Part shown: positions 39,231 to 48,352 of the stretch, one piece after another | How positions within the stretch are numbered: the stretch's first letter is position 1 | Layout: each line of letters starts with the position of its first letter | Assembly (NCBI GenBank): GCA_031292235.1 | Contig: JARLHM010000055.1 | Coordinates: 1-53,899 of the forward strand | Length of the DNA stretch: 53,899 nucleotides | Direction: 5' to 3' | Origin: Syntrophaceae bacterium | GTDB lineage: Bacteria > Desulfobacterota > Desulfomonilia > Desulfomonilales > Desulfomonilaceae | Made by a program: the position numbers and the translations under genes | Notes under the pieces: model-generated | Database searches by the model: none | Told to the model about the DNA's origin: nothing | The model's input: the letters and a program-made list of their open reading frames with translations, nothing else

Positions 39231-39814
39231 TACTTGTAATCGACAATTATGATTCATTCACGTTTAACGTTGTCCATGCGCTCGGAAAATTGGGAAAGCA
39301 AATTGAAGTTGTTCGTAATGATGAGATTACCGTCGATCAAATTGCCGATATAAGTCCCGAAGCGATCATAATATCTCCAGGTCCCGGTCGGCCTGAAGAC
39401 TCCGGGATTACATGCCCAACTATTACGAAGTACGCCGGTAAAATTCCAATACTGGGTGTCTGTCTTGGTCACCAGGCGATAGGTCAGGTTTTCGGAGCGA
39501 CGATTACGCGGGCCTTGCGGCCGGTTCACGGCAAAGTTACAGATATATTTCATGATTCTAAAGGGCTGTTCCGAGGCTTGCCGAATCCATTTCCTGCCGC
39601 CCGATATCACTCTTTGATTGTGCTTAAGGAAACTGTGGCGCCGCCACTTACAGTTACAGCCCAAACCTCCGAAGGAGAAGTAATGGGTCTGCGAAGTTCG
39701 GAACTCAAACTCGAAGGGGTTCAATTTCACCCTGAATCAATAGCTACGGCCCAGGGAATGGACCTCTTCAGAAACTTTCTCGACATTTATGTGGTTAAGG
39801 AAAACCAGCGATGA
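39227..39814 (+). CDS. trpG: anthranilate synthase component II (glutamine amidotransferase)
   Basis: ILVIDNYDSFTFN, GVCLGHQ, HPES triad. 4-nt overlap with trpE. Confidence 0.95.
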   Translation: MILVIDNYDSFTFNVVHALGKLGKQIEVVRNDEITVDQIADISPEAIIISPGPGRPEDSGITCPTITKYAGKIPILGVCLGHQAIGQVFGATITRALRPVHGKVTDIFHDSKGLFRGLPNPFPAARYHSLIVLKETVAPPLTVTAQTSEGEVMGLRSSELKLEGVQFHPESIATAQGMDLFRNFLDIYVVKENQR

Positions 39815-41064
39815 GGCTTTCAGGGACGTTCAAACCACCAGGTGACAAATCGATATCCCATCGCATTGCCCTATTGTCGCTGTTGGCTAAGGGGGAATGT
39901 GTTGTTTCGAATTATTCCACAGCTCAAGACTGTATGACGTCTGTACATGCCGTGAACGCGCTTGGAGGAGGAGCTGTTTTCTCAGGAGAGGACCTGAATC
40001 TGTCAGCTAATGGTCGTATCTTGACAGACTCAGTGGATGTTGATTGCGGCAATTCCGGCACAACCATGAGATTACTGATGGGGGTCCTCGCCGGAGCTTC
40101 AGGTCGATTCATTCTTTGGGGAGATGATTCTCTGATGAAACGGCCCATGGAACGTGTGGCAAAACCGCTGCGCAGTATGGGCGCAAATATTTTTTGCGCT
40201 CCAAATGGAACACCACCTGTTAACATAGAGGGCTCAAAATTGTGCGGGATTGATTACAGATTACCGGTGGCGAGCGCCCAGTTGAAAAGCGCTGTTTTGA
40301 TCGCCGGTGTTCAAGCTGAAGGTCTGACGAGGATTACTGAGCCTGTAAAAAGTCGAGACCACACTGAACACATGCTGGGAATGTTCGGAGCTGACATCTA
40401 TTTTGAATCCGGGGCATGGTGTGTTCGAAAATCGTTGATGGAACTCCCCTCAGCTTTCGGTGTTCCCGGAGATCCATCTTCCGCCGCGTTCTTCCTATGT
40501 GGAGCGGCGATGCTTGATGGAAGTGAAGTTACAGCAGAAGGGATCCTGCTGAATCCGACCAGAGTAAAATTTCTTGACAAGCTCAAAGAGATGGGCGCGC
40601 AAACTGAGATCCACATTAAGGGGGATTCTCCCGAACCATGGGGAAGCGTCAAGTCTAGTCATTCAGGAAAACTTTCGTCGTGTAAAGTGACATCTGAAGA
40701 ACTACCACTGCTTGTTGATGAAGTTCCCATATTGGCGCTGCTGGCTACTCAAGCGCACGGCGTTTCAGTTTTTCACGAAATTGGGGAACTGAGAATCAAG
40801 GAATCCGACCGTGTCGCCGCCCTAGTTTCAGAATTGGGTAAACTGGGCGCTAAGCTTGAGATTGATGGTCCAAATCTCCTAATTTATGGACCAACGAAAT
40901 TTAAGGCGACTGATGGATTGGAAAGCTTTGGCGACCACCGAATAGCAATGACCTTAGCCATAGCCCGTGGGCTGACTGATGAGAATGTCCCAATCCGTGA
41001 CATGTCTTGCGTTTCAATTTCATATCCGGATTTTTTCGAAACTTTGAGGGAATTGACTCTATGA
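39811..41064 (+). CDS. aroA: 3-phosphoshikimate 1-carboxyvinyltransferase (EPSP synthase)
   Basis: PGDKSISHR, CGNSGTTMRLL, KESDR, HRIAM. Confidence 0.95.
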   Translation: MRLSGTFKPPGDKSISHRIALLSLLAKGECVVSNYSTAQDCMTSVHAVNALGGGAVFSGEDLNLSANGRILTDSVDVDCGNSGTTMRLLMGVLAGASGRFILWGDDSLMKRPMERVAKPLRSMGANIFCAPNGTPPVNIEGSKLCGIDYRLPVASAQLKSAVLIAGVQAEGLTRITEPVKSRDHTEHMLGMFGADIYFESGAWCVRKSLMELPSAFGVPGDPSSAAFFLCGAAMLDGSEVTAEGILLNPTRVKFLDKLKEMGAQTEIHIKGDSPEPWGSVKSSHSGKLSSCKVTSEELPLLVDEVPILALLATQAHGVSVFHEIGELRIKESDRVAALVSELGKLGAKLEIDGPNLLIYGPTKFKATDGLESFGDHRIAMTLAIARGLTDENVPIRDMSCVSISYPDFFETLRELTL

Positions 41065-41882
41065 AAGTTTACTGTGTGATTGGAGACCAGCGGGTTGAAA
41101 GGTCTCTTTCGCCAATTATGCATAATTCAGTTTTTTCAGTATATGGCATGAACTGTAAGTATGTTGCGTTCAGAATAGAACCTGCCGATCTGGAAAACGC
41201 CGTTTTGGGAATAAGAGCTTTGAATATTTCAGGAGTTAACGTTACTGTCCCTCATAAGGAAATCATCATTCCGTTTCTTGATGGGCTTTCGGATCGTGCC
41301 CGGGCCATCGGCGCGGTTAATACAATAGTTCGTGATGGGCCAACCCTGATAGGTCACAATACCGACGCAGGAGGGTTTGGAGACTTGCTCGACAAATACA
41401 GGGTTTCTCCCAATAATTCGGATGTGGTGATATTAGGGGCGGGTGGCGCCACGAGAGCAGTGCTTCGTTCTTTCATCGAGCGTGGCTATGAAAAGGTTAG
41501 TGTAATCAACAGAACGTACAAAAAGAGCTTAGATCTGACGGCTAAACTGGGCGGCTTGGCAATCCCTCCGGAAAATACTACGGAAGCTCTGCGAAAAGCC
41601 ACTCTGCTGATAAACACAACAAGCGTGTCAGAGGTGGCCGAAGGTCCATCTTTCATGGAAATCTTCTCCAATGAGGCTCGGCTCGATAAACTTAGGTTGG
41701 TCATAGATATAAACTACGGGCGTAAAACCAATTTTTGGGCCTCCCTGGCGGAGAATAGCGGAGCCGGCTTTACTGATGGTTTATATATGTTGGCCGCGCA
41801 GGCTAGACGGAGTTTCCGTTTGTGGACAGGAGAAGAGCCGGCAATCGAAAATTTTCTTGATCCTATAGGTTTAGTTGAATGA
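41061..41882 (+). CDS. aroE: shikimate dehydrogenase
   Basis: SLSPIMHN, NVTVPHK, GAGGATRAV. ATG 41061 overlaps the aroA stop (ATGA). The tracked ORF starts 54 nt earlier, inside aroA. Confidence 0.92.
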   Translation: MKVYCVIGDQRVERSLSPIMHNSVFSVYGMNCKYVAFRIEPADLENAVLGIRALNISGVNVTVPHKEIIIPFLDGLSDRARAIGAVNTIVRDGPTLIGHNTDAGGFGDLLDKYRVSPNNSDVVILGAGGATRAVLRSFIERGYEKVSVINRTYKKSLDLTAKLGGLAIPPENTTEALRKATLLINTTSVSEVAEGPSFMEIFSNEARLDKLRLVIDINYGRKTNFWASLAENSGAGFTDGLYMLAAQARRSFRLWTGEEPAIENFLDPIGLVE

Positions 41883-43447
41883 TGGACAATATATACATTA
41901 CCGGTTTCATGGGAGCGGGTAAATCTACGATAGGTAAGGCCCTGTCTAAAATCTTGAAGCGGGGCTTTGTCGACATGGACGAGGCGATCTCAAGAAAGAG
42001 CGGAATGTCAGTCAGGGCCTATTTTGAAGAATTGGGGGAGAATAATTTCCGTGAAGCTGAAACAAAATTACTCCAGAAGATTGCGTCAGGAAAATCGCTG
42101 GTTGTATCCACTGGAGGCGGCGCGCCAACTAGAGTCATGAATCGAAAGATTATGCGTGACTCCGGTAAGATTGTTCACCTTAACGCAACACTGGATGAAT
42201 GTTTGAGCCGCCTGGGCGTTGAAACAGATTCGGTGCGGCCATTGTGGAAGGATCGGGCCTCAGTTTCAGCGCTATACAATAGCCGTCTCGAAGCATATGC
42301 TGATTGTGACATTAAAGTTGACGCTTTGAACAGGTCGGCTGAGGAATTGGCGTGGGAAATTTGCGAAAAACTTCAACCGCGACGATCAATTGACGTTCAA
42401 CTAGGCGGAGTGAGTCATCCTCTGGTTTTTGCATGGAGGTCCCAGGAAGAAGTCTCCATGTTTTCAAAGCCTTCCAAAACATTCGTAGTAACCGATAAAC
42501 ATTTATCCAGATTGCATATGGAGCGTTACTCGAGCGCGCTGGGTGACGCTACTGTAGTGGCCCTGAAAGCGGGAGAGCGCAGCAAATCGCTTGGTAGCGC
42601 CAGACGTCTGTACGAAGCAATGTTAAAGGATCGACTTGGTAGAGATGGTCTTGTGGTGGCGATTGGTGGTGGTGTTATTACTGATTTAGGCGCGTTCGTG
42701 GCTTCAACTTACAAACGAGGTGTCCCGTTTATTTTAGTTTCAACCTCTCTCGTGGGTTGTGTTGACGCTGCAATCGGAGGTAAAGCCGCTGTTGACCTGA
42801 ATGAGGTAAAAAACCCGGTAGGTTGTTTCGCTGCTCCCTCTGCGGTATTCCTGGATCTCAGGGCCCTGAGCACTCTGCCTGGAAAATGTGTTTCAGAGGG
42901 CCTGGTCGAGGCTTACAAAACTGGACTTGTAGCTGATCCATCCCTTGCGGAGTTGATAGAAAGCAATATTGACTCACTTCTACGAGCAGACCTGCTCACT
43001 TTGGCCGAGGTCGTCCGTTTGTCCGCTTCAGCGAAAGCGGACATTGTAGGAAAGGATTTCAAGGAAAGTGGCCTTAGGCGTATTCTGAACTTTGGCCACA
43101 CTTACGGCCATGCTGTCGAGAGCTTCAACAACTATCGATTGAGCCACGGAGTATCTGTCGCTTTAGGAATGATGGTGGCGGTGGTTATTTCTGAAAACCG
43201 GGGCTTGTTGAGACAGAAACTGTCGATCGGGATTCAGACAACATTGAGAAATTTCGTTCAAAGCCCCACTGTTATGCCTTCCGTCAATGAAGCCTGGCGA
43301 ATCATGATGAATGATAAAAAGAACCGTAACGGGCGAGTAACCTTTGTATTGCTTGCGGAACTCGGTTCTCCCATCTGTGTGGATGATCTGCGGCCGGAAG
43401 AACTAGATGCCGCCATTCGAAGTGTGGAAGGTTTGAAAAATGGGTAG
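41879..43447 (+). CDS. aroKB: bifunctional shikimate kinase / 3-dehydroquinate synthase fusion
   Basis: N-terminal GFMGAGKSTIG (AroK, about 170 aa). C-terminal GGGVITDLGAFVASTYKRGVPFILVSTSL...GHTYGHAVE (AroB). Confidence 0.92.
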   Translation: MMDNIYITGFMGAGKSTIGKALSKILKRGFVDMDEAISRKSGMSVRAYFEELGENNFREAETKLLQKIASGKSLVVSTGGGAPTRVMNRKIMRDSGKIVHLNATLDECLSRLGVETDSVRPLWKDRASVSALYNSRLEAYADCDIKVDALNRSAEELAWEICEKLQPRRSIDVQLGGVSHPLVFAWRSQEEVSMFSKPSKTFVVTDKHLSRLHMERYSSALGDATVVALKAGERSKSLGSARRLYEAMLKDRLGRDGLVVAIGGGVITDLGAFVASTYKRGVPFILVSTSLVGCVDAAIGGKAAVDLNEVKNPVGCFAAPSAVFLDLRALSTLPGKCVSEGLVEAYKTGLVADPSLAELIESNIDSLLRADLLTLAEVVRLSASAKADIVGKDFKESGLRRILNFGHTYGHAVESFNNYRLSHGVSVALGMMVAVVISENRGLLRQKLSIGIQTTLRNFVQSPTVMPSVNEAWRIMMNDKKNRNGRVTFVLLAELGSPICVDDLRPEELDAAIRSVEGLKNG

Positions 43448-44501
43448 TATCTATGGCCGATTCTTTCGCTTGTCAACATTCGGCGAATCTCATGGTCCTG
43501 CTGTAGGTGTCGTCGTAGAAGGGGTCCCAGCCGGGCTGGCGTTAACCTCGGAAATCATCCAGTCAGAACTGGATAAACGCAAACCCGGTTCCAGTCAGTA
43601 TGTCTCACAGCGTTCAGAATCGGATACGGTAGAAATTCTTTCCGGTGTGGCAAATGGGAAGACGCTCGGATCTCCCGTGGCAATGCTGGTCAGGAACACT
43701 AACCAGCGATCCAAGGATTATTCAGCCATCGCGGACCTTTTCCGCCCTGGTCATGCGGATTACACGTATTTCAGGAAATATCTAACTGCTCCGCAGCCGG
43801 GTGGAGGTCGATCATCAGGTCGGGAAACAGTAGGTCGGGTTGCTGCTGGGGCTATAGCTAAAGTCATGCTTAGGCAGGTTGGTTTGCATGTAAACGCTTA
43901 TACAGTAAAGATCGGAGGGATAGTCGCTCATAATGTGGATATTGATTTTGCTCTTACTAATCCATTGAGGTGCGCGGACCCGGGTGTTGCTGAAGCAATG
44001 GGAAACGAGGTTAAATTGGCTGTTTCCGAAGGCGATTCGATAGGTGGGATAATTGAGGTCACGGCCGAAGGTGTGCCCCCGGGGCTCGGGGACCCTGTTT
44101 TCGATAAACTTGACGCCTCACTGGCCGCCGCGTTGCTTTCAATAGGTGGAGTAAAGGGTTTAGAGTTTGGTGAAGGGTTCCGTTCCGCTGGTTTGAGAGG
44201 GTCTCAGCACAACGACGGGATGACTTCAGCCGGTTTTTTGTCCAATCACTCTGGCGGCATCCTGGGTGGGATCTCTACCGGACAATCTATAATAATGAGG
44301 TTAGCCATAAAACCCACGGCGTCTATTTCTATTGAGCAGAAAACAATAGACTTGAAGGGTCAGGACCGACTGATCTCCGTCAAAGGAAGACACGACCCCT
44401 GTCTGTGCCCGAGGATTGCGCCAGTCGCTGAGGCGATGACAGCAATAACGCTTGCGGACGCGTGGCTTGCGGACAGGGCCGTTAGAGGAATAAGCGAATG
44501 A
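43440..44501 (+). CDS. aroC: chorismate synthase
   Basis: [34 protein letters not shown]. Confidence 0.95.
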   Translation: MGSIYGRFFRLSTFGESHGPAVGVVVEGVPAGLALTSEIIQSELDKRKPGSSQYVSQRSESDTVEILSGVANGKTLGSPVAMLVRNTNQRSKDYSAIADLFRPGHADYTYFRKYLTAPQPGGGRSSGRETVGRVAAGAIAKVMLRQVGLHVNAYTVKIGGIVAHNVDIDFALTNPLRCADPGVAEAMGNEVKLAVSEGDSIGGIIEVTAEGVPPGLGDPVFDKLDASLAAALLSIGGVKGLEFGEGFRSAGLRGSQHNDGMTSAGFLSNHSGGILGGISTGQSIIMRLAIKPTASISIEQKTIDLKGQDRLISVKGRHDPCLCPRIAPVAEAMTAITLADAWLADRAVRGISE

Positions 44502-44944
44502 AATTATTTGTGGTAAATGGGCCGAACCTGAACATGCTCGGTAAGCGGGAACCGGAATTGTATGGGTCCAAGACCCTGTCGGAAATAGAAAATGACCTTG
44601 TCGAACTTGGCGCCGAGTTGGGTTTCAAAATTGAATGTTTTCAATCAAACTTTGAAGGTGAAATAGTTTCGATCATTCAATCTGCCGGGACCCTGGCTTG
44701 TGGAGTGATTCTAAACGCGGGCGCGTACACTCACACAAGTATTGCAATCCGCGACGCTGTCTTGTGTTGCTCTGTTCCGGTAGTGGAGGTTCACCTCACC
44801 AACCCTCATGGCCGAGAGTTATTTCGCAGGAGATCGCTACTATCGGACGTTTGCAGGGGAGTAATAGCAGGTTTTGGGTGGCGTTCATACTGCTTGGCGC
44901 TAATGTGGTTTGCAAACTATCGCAGTGATCCCGGGCTGTTATAG
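44498..44944 (+). CDS. aroQ: type II 3-dehydroquinate dehydratase
   Basis: VVNGPNLNMLGKREPELYG, NAGAYTHTSIAIRDA, EVHLTN. Confidence 0.95.
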   Translation: MKLFVVNGPNLNMLGKREPELYGSKTLSEIENDLVELGAELGFKIECFQSNFEGEIVSIIQSAGTLACGVILNAGAYTHTSIAIRDAVLCCSVPVVEVHLTNPHGRELFRRRSLLSDVCRGVIAGFGWRSYCLALMWFANYRSDPGLL

Positions 44945-44972
44945 AATCATGTTCAGTGCGCTTAATAAAATG

Positions 44973-45001
44973 TTGACAATGTTTTCACGCTGCTGTAGAA
45001 A
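44973..45001 (+). promoter_or_regulatory. candidate promoter for the aromatic leader / aroF-pheA-tyrA unit
   Basis: TTGACA (44973-78), 17-nt spacer, TAGAAA (44996-45001). About 20 nt before the leader SD. Confidence 0.4.
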
Positions 45002-45032
45002 TAGACTATAGCATAAAGCAAGGAAACGGTTC

Positions 45033-45149
45033 ATGGGTTCACAATTTAATAATCTCGCAAAAGTTGATGGCCAGATCGAAAACGGGGCATACTTTTATTT
45101 TTGGCGATTTTATTATTTCGTCTGTCTACCCGTGTCCGGAGGGCTATAA
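45033..45149 (+). CDS. putative aromatic-amino-acid leader peptide (38 aa)
   Basis: AAGGA 8 nt before the ATG. Peptide MGSQFNNLAKVDGQIENGAYFYFWRFYYFVCLPVSGGL. 9 of 10 consecutive codons (45090-45119) are Tyr, Phe or Trp. Followed by alternative helices and two terminators. Confidence 0.7.
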   Translation: MGSQFNNLAKVDGQIENGAYFYFWRFYYFVCLPVSGGL

Positions 45150-45178
45150 AGAGTAACAGAATTTAGACGGAAAGCAAC

Positions 45179-45225
45179 AAGGCCATGGGTAGACAGCGAA
45201 AGCGCCCATGGCCTTTATTATTTTT
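45179..45225 (+). terminator. attenuator hairpin 1 / terminator T1
   Basis: AAGGCCAUGGG (45179-89) pairs with CCCAUGGCCUU (45205-15). The 15-nt loop contains a GAAA mini-hairpin. Followed by UAUUAUUUUU. Confidence 0.7.
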
Positions 45226-45268
45226 GGGCCTTGGGCGTAAAAAAAACCCCCAAGGCCCTTTTCGTTTC
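45226..45268 (+). terminator. attenuator terminator T2
   Basis: GGGCCUUGGG (45226-35) pairs with CCCAAGGCCC (45249-58), A-rich loop, then UUUUCGUUU. 18 nt before the aroF ATG. Confidence 0.75.
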
Positions 45269-45285
45269 CGAAAGGAGCGTTTCAG

Positions 45286-46179
45286 ATGATTAAATCTCGC
45301 GCCAGCGTGTCCAGAGTAGAAGACCCAGTTTCGCCGTCAACGATGGAGCTTAAAAGACCGCCTACCAGGAAAGGGTTCATAAGTCGTGACTATCAACGGG
45401 AAGATACGGTAGTTAGGGTGGGTGAGGCCATTATAGGTGGAGGTTCATTTGCGGTAATAGCCGGGCCGTGCTCTGTAGAATCCCTGCAGCAACTTGTGGA
45501 TACCGCATTCGCCGTCAAAGAAGCAGGGGCTGTCGTGTTGCGGGGTGGGGCTTTCAAACCCAGAACCAGCCCTTATAGTTTTCAAGGATTGGGCGAGGAA
45601 GGTCTGAAGCTGCTGTCGTTAGCCCGGGAAGTGACTGGAATGCCGGTAGTTACTGAAGTTATGGATACTGCGGATGTGGCGCTTGTCGAAGATTATGCTG
45701 ATATGCTACAGATCGGCGCTCGTAATATTCAGAATTTTTCTCTCCTCAAAAAAGTTGGAAAGTGTCAAAAGCCGATCATTCTTAAAAGGGGATTGATGTC
45801 AACCATCGATGAGTTGCTATCATCCGCGGAGTATATTCTCGCGGCGGGAAACTCACAGGTCATTCTATGCGAAAGAGGGATACGGACTTTTGAAACGGCG
45901 ACCAGGAACACTCTCGATCTTAGCGCTGTTTGTGTCCTCAAAGAACGAACCCATTTGCCCGTGATTGTAGATCCGAGCCACGCTGTAGGTGTGAGACGTT
46001 TCGTTCAACCGTTGTCTCGGGCAGCGATGGCCGTGGGGGCTGACGGAATTATGGTCGAAGTTCATTGTTCCCCTGAAACCGCTCTATGTGACGGTGAACA
46101 ATCTCTACGACCTGAGGATTTTTGTAACCTCATGAAAAACCTGGCGATCATTGGCGAGGCCATGAGCCTTTTGGTTTGA
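45286..46179 (+). CDS. aroF: 3-deoxy-7-phosphoheptulonate (DAHP) synthase, type I-beta
   Basis: [41 protein letters not shown] 8 nt upstream of the ATG. Confidence 0.92.
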   Translation: MIKSRASVSRVEDPVSPSTMELKRPPTRKGFISRDYQREDTVVRVGEAIIGGGSFAVIAGPCSVESLQQLVDTAFAVKEAGAVVLRGGAFKPRTSPYSFQGLGEEGLKLLSLAREVTGMPVVTEVMDTADVALVEDYADMLQIGARNIQNFSLLKKVGKCQKPIILKRGLMSTIDELLSSAEYILAAGNSQVILCERGIRTFETATRNTLDLSAVCVLKERTHLPVIVDPSHAVGVRRFVQPLSRAAMAVGADGIMVEVHCSPETALCDGEQSLRPEDFCNLMKNLAIIGEAMSLLV

Positions 46180-46214
46180 AATGTTTTGAGAAGCAAAATC
46201 AGAAAGAGGCCCTG

Positions 46215-47360
46215 ATGCGGTTATCTGAAACACTTAGAATTGATGAGGCCCAAGGTAATACCAACCCCACCGGGATAGCCTCGATTCAAGGAATAAGAGA
46301 ACAAATTGATAATATCGACAAGGAATTATTACGACTAGTTAATCAGAGAGCTTTTCACGCGTTGAGCATCGCGGAATTGAGAAATTCAGCCAATATAACT
46401 AATTTCTCCCCTGAACGTGAACTCACGATAATTAAGTCTCTGTGTGATGCGAACGCCGGCCCGTTGTCAAAATCTTCTGTAGCCAATGTGTTTTCCGAAA
46501 TAATTTCAGCCTGCCGCAGCGCCAAACGTCCATTGAGGGTGGCCTTTCTAGGGCCTGAGGGGACGTTCAGTCACCTGGCGGCGTTACGACGATTTGGCAA
46601 TTCGGCGCTTTATCTTCCCGAAGTTTCGATTGATGACGTCTTTGACGCAGTTGAAAAAGGAGCGGCGGATGTCGGGATCACACCGGTGGAAAATTCTTCA
46701 GAAGGCGCTGTTAGCGCAACCATGGATCAGTTTATAGATTCCAATTTGTTGATCTGCGGGGAAATCTTCTCAAGAATACGACATGTGCTCATGTCGACGG
46801 AATCCTCGTTGGACAACATTTCCGTGGTTTATTCTCACCCGCAGGCCCTCAATCAATGTCGCAACTGGTTACGAGTGAATTTGCCCGCGGCTTCTCTGAT
46901 GCCGGAATCAAGTACCGCAGAGTCCGCGCGTATTGCGCTTGCCAGGCCCGGGGCAGCGGCAATAGGTAACGAGGTTACAGCCACACAGCATAACCTGAAA
47001 ATCCTTGCCTCGGACATACAGGATAGCCTTAGTAACACTACACGATTCCTGCTGTTGGGGAAAAACAGAAGCGCTCCGACTGGTCTGGACAGGACATCTC
47101 TAGTTTTCGCCGCCGCTCATATCCCTGGTTCACTTCATAAGGCGCTTGAGCATTTTGCGAAGAGATCTGTAAACCTCACTCGAATTGAATCCCGTCCCAT
47201 GAAAAACAAAAACTGGGAGTATTTTTTCTTCGTGGATATCGAAGGTCATCAGGAATCGCCAATGGTCAAAGAAGCGATTGAAAGCCTACGTTCTGACGTG
47301 GAATTTCTGAAACTTCTTGGTTCCTATCCAATAGGCGATATCGATTCATCAAATTTGTAG
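46215..47360 (+). CDS. pheA: bifunctional chorismate mutase / prephenate dehydratase (P-protein)
   Basis: CM domain (IRE QIDNIDKELLRLVNQR), PDT domain (VAFLGPEGTFSH), ACT domain (TRIESRP). ATG 46215 lies 5 nt after AAGAGG. The ORF is also open from TTG 46176, overlapping the aroF stop. Confidence 0.92.
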   Translation: MRLSETLRIDEAQGNTNPTGIASIQGIREQIDNIDKELLRLVNQRAFHALSIAELRNSANITNFSPERELTIIKSLCDANAGPLSKSSVANVFSEIISACRSAKRPLRVAFLGPEGTFSHLAALRRFGNSALYLPEVSIDDVFDAVEKGAADVGITPVENSSEGAVSATMDQFIDSNLLICGEIFSRIRHVLMSTESSLDNISVVYSHPQALNQCRNWLRVNLPAASLMPESSTAESARIALARPGAAAIGNEVTATQHNLKILASDIQDSLSNTTRFLLLGKNRSAPTGLDRTSLVFAAAHIPGSLHKALEHFAKRSVNLTRIESRPMKNKNWEYFFFVDIEGHQESPMVKEAIESLRSDVEFLKLLGSYPIGDIDSSNL

Positions 47361-47389
47361 AGAGCGAGAGAAAGTATACGGTAAAGATA

Positions 47390-48253
47390 GTGAGCGACAC
47401 AGACTTTAGGAAAGCTAATGTTTGCATAGTAGGCGGAAAGGGTCGTATGGGCCGCTGGTTTGTATCGCTATTTCGTGAAGCCGGCATGGATACGATCGTC
47501 TCGGATTTAGATGATTCTCCAATTTCTGAAAAGTCTGTGGCTTCGTGTGACATTGTCCTTTTGGCGGTCCCGGTGACAGCGATCGAAGGTGTAATGAGAT
47601 CAATAGGACCGTTTATAAGATCCGACGCTCTGCTAATGGACATATCCTCTATTAAGCGAGACCCTATAAATTTTATGCTCAAATATTCACAGAGCGAAGT
47701 CATAGGAACGCACCCTTTGTTCGGCCCATCCACGGCTTCTCTTGTAGATCAGGTGGTGTTTCTTTGCCCGTCACGAACCGAGAGATGGATAAAACCCTTT
47801 AGAAATTTTCTGGAAGAGCGGGGCGCAAAGATTACCGAAATCACCCCTGATGGGCACGACAAACTCATGGCGTGTTTCCAAACCTTGAGACATGTCATGC
47901 TTACGTCTTTGGGGCAGACATTGATAAGATTGGGTTTCGACTCACATTGTCAGGTTGAGGGTACAGGGGCGTGGTTTGAGCAACTGCTGGCAATGATGTG
48001 TCATCAGTTCGAACAGCCTTCAGAACTTTATGCTGATCTTGCTATTGGAAACTCCTATTCGTCTGAGACACTGAAACTGTTCCGCAACAGTTTAAACGAA
48101 CTAGCTAATCTTGTTTCTACAGGAAACAGAGATGGACTTGTTAGCGCCATGGATGAAGTGGCTCAATTCTGCGCGACCGAAGCAACATCAAATGGTTCCG
48201 CATGGGGTTGGTGGCGCGACATAGGAGGAGATTCCCGGCACATCGAGGTCTGA
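47390..48253 (+). CDS. tyrA: prephenate dehydrogenase, with Trp-rich C-terminal tail
   Basis: GTG start. VCIVGGKGRMGRWF NAD motif, GTHPLFGP, and a helical dimerisation domain. The tail is ..SAWGWWRDIGGDSRHIEV. Confidence 0.9.
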   Translation: MSDTDFRKANVCIVGGKGRMGRWFVSLFREAGMDTIVSDLDDSPISEKSVASCDIVLLAVPVTAIEGVMRSIGPFIRSDALLMDISSIKRDPINFMLKYSQSEVIGTHPLFGPSTASLVDQVVFLCPSRTERWIKPFRNFLEERGAKITEITPDGHDKLMACFQTLRHVMLTSLGQTLIRLGFDSHCQVEGTGAWFEQLLAMMCHQFEQPSELYADLAIGNSYSSETLKLFRNSLNELANLVSTGNRDGLVSAMDEVAQFCATEATSNGSAWGWWRDIGGDSRHIEV

Positions 48254-48280
48254 TTAAGCCCTTAAGACAACAGACAACAA

Positions 48281-48328
48281 AAGGCCGTGAATCTCAAAGC
48301 CGAGAGGATTCACGGCCTTTTCTTTTTT
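48281..48328 (+). terminator. intrinsic terminator between tyrA and trpD (attenuator)
   Basis: AAGGCCGUGAAUC (48281-93) pairs with GAUUCACGGCCUU (48307-19), 13 bp, followed by UUCUUUUUU. 28 nt after the tyrA stop and 25 nt before the trpD ATG. Confidence 0.85.
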
Positions 48329-48352
48329 AACGAATAGGATTTGGAGGAAACC

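Noticed and set aside
48287-48337. 16-codon GTG ORF (VNLKAERIHGLFFFNE) between tyrA and trpD as an alternative leader peptide
   Set aside because: It has no SD, and the start and most codons are buried in the terminator stem. The FFF comes from the terminator U-tract.
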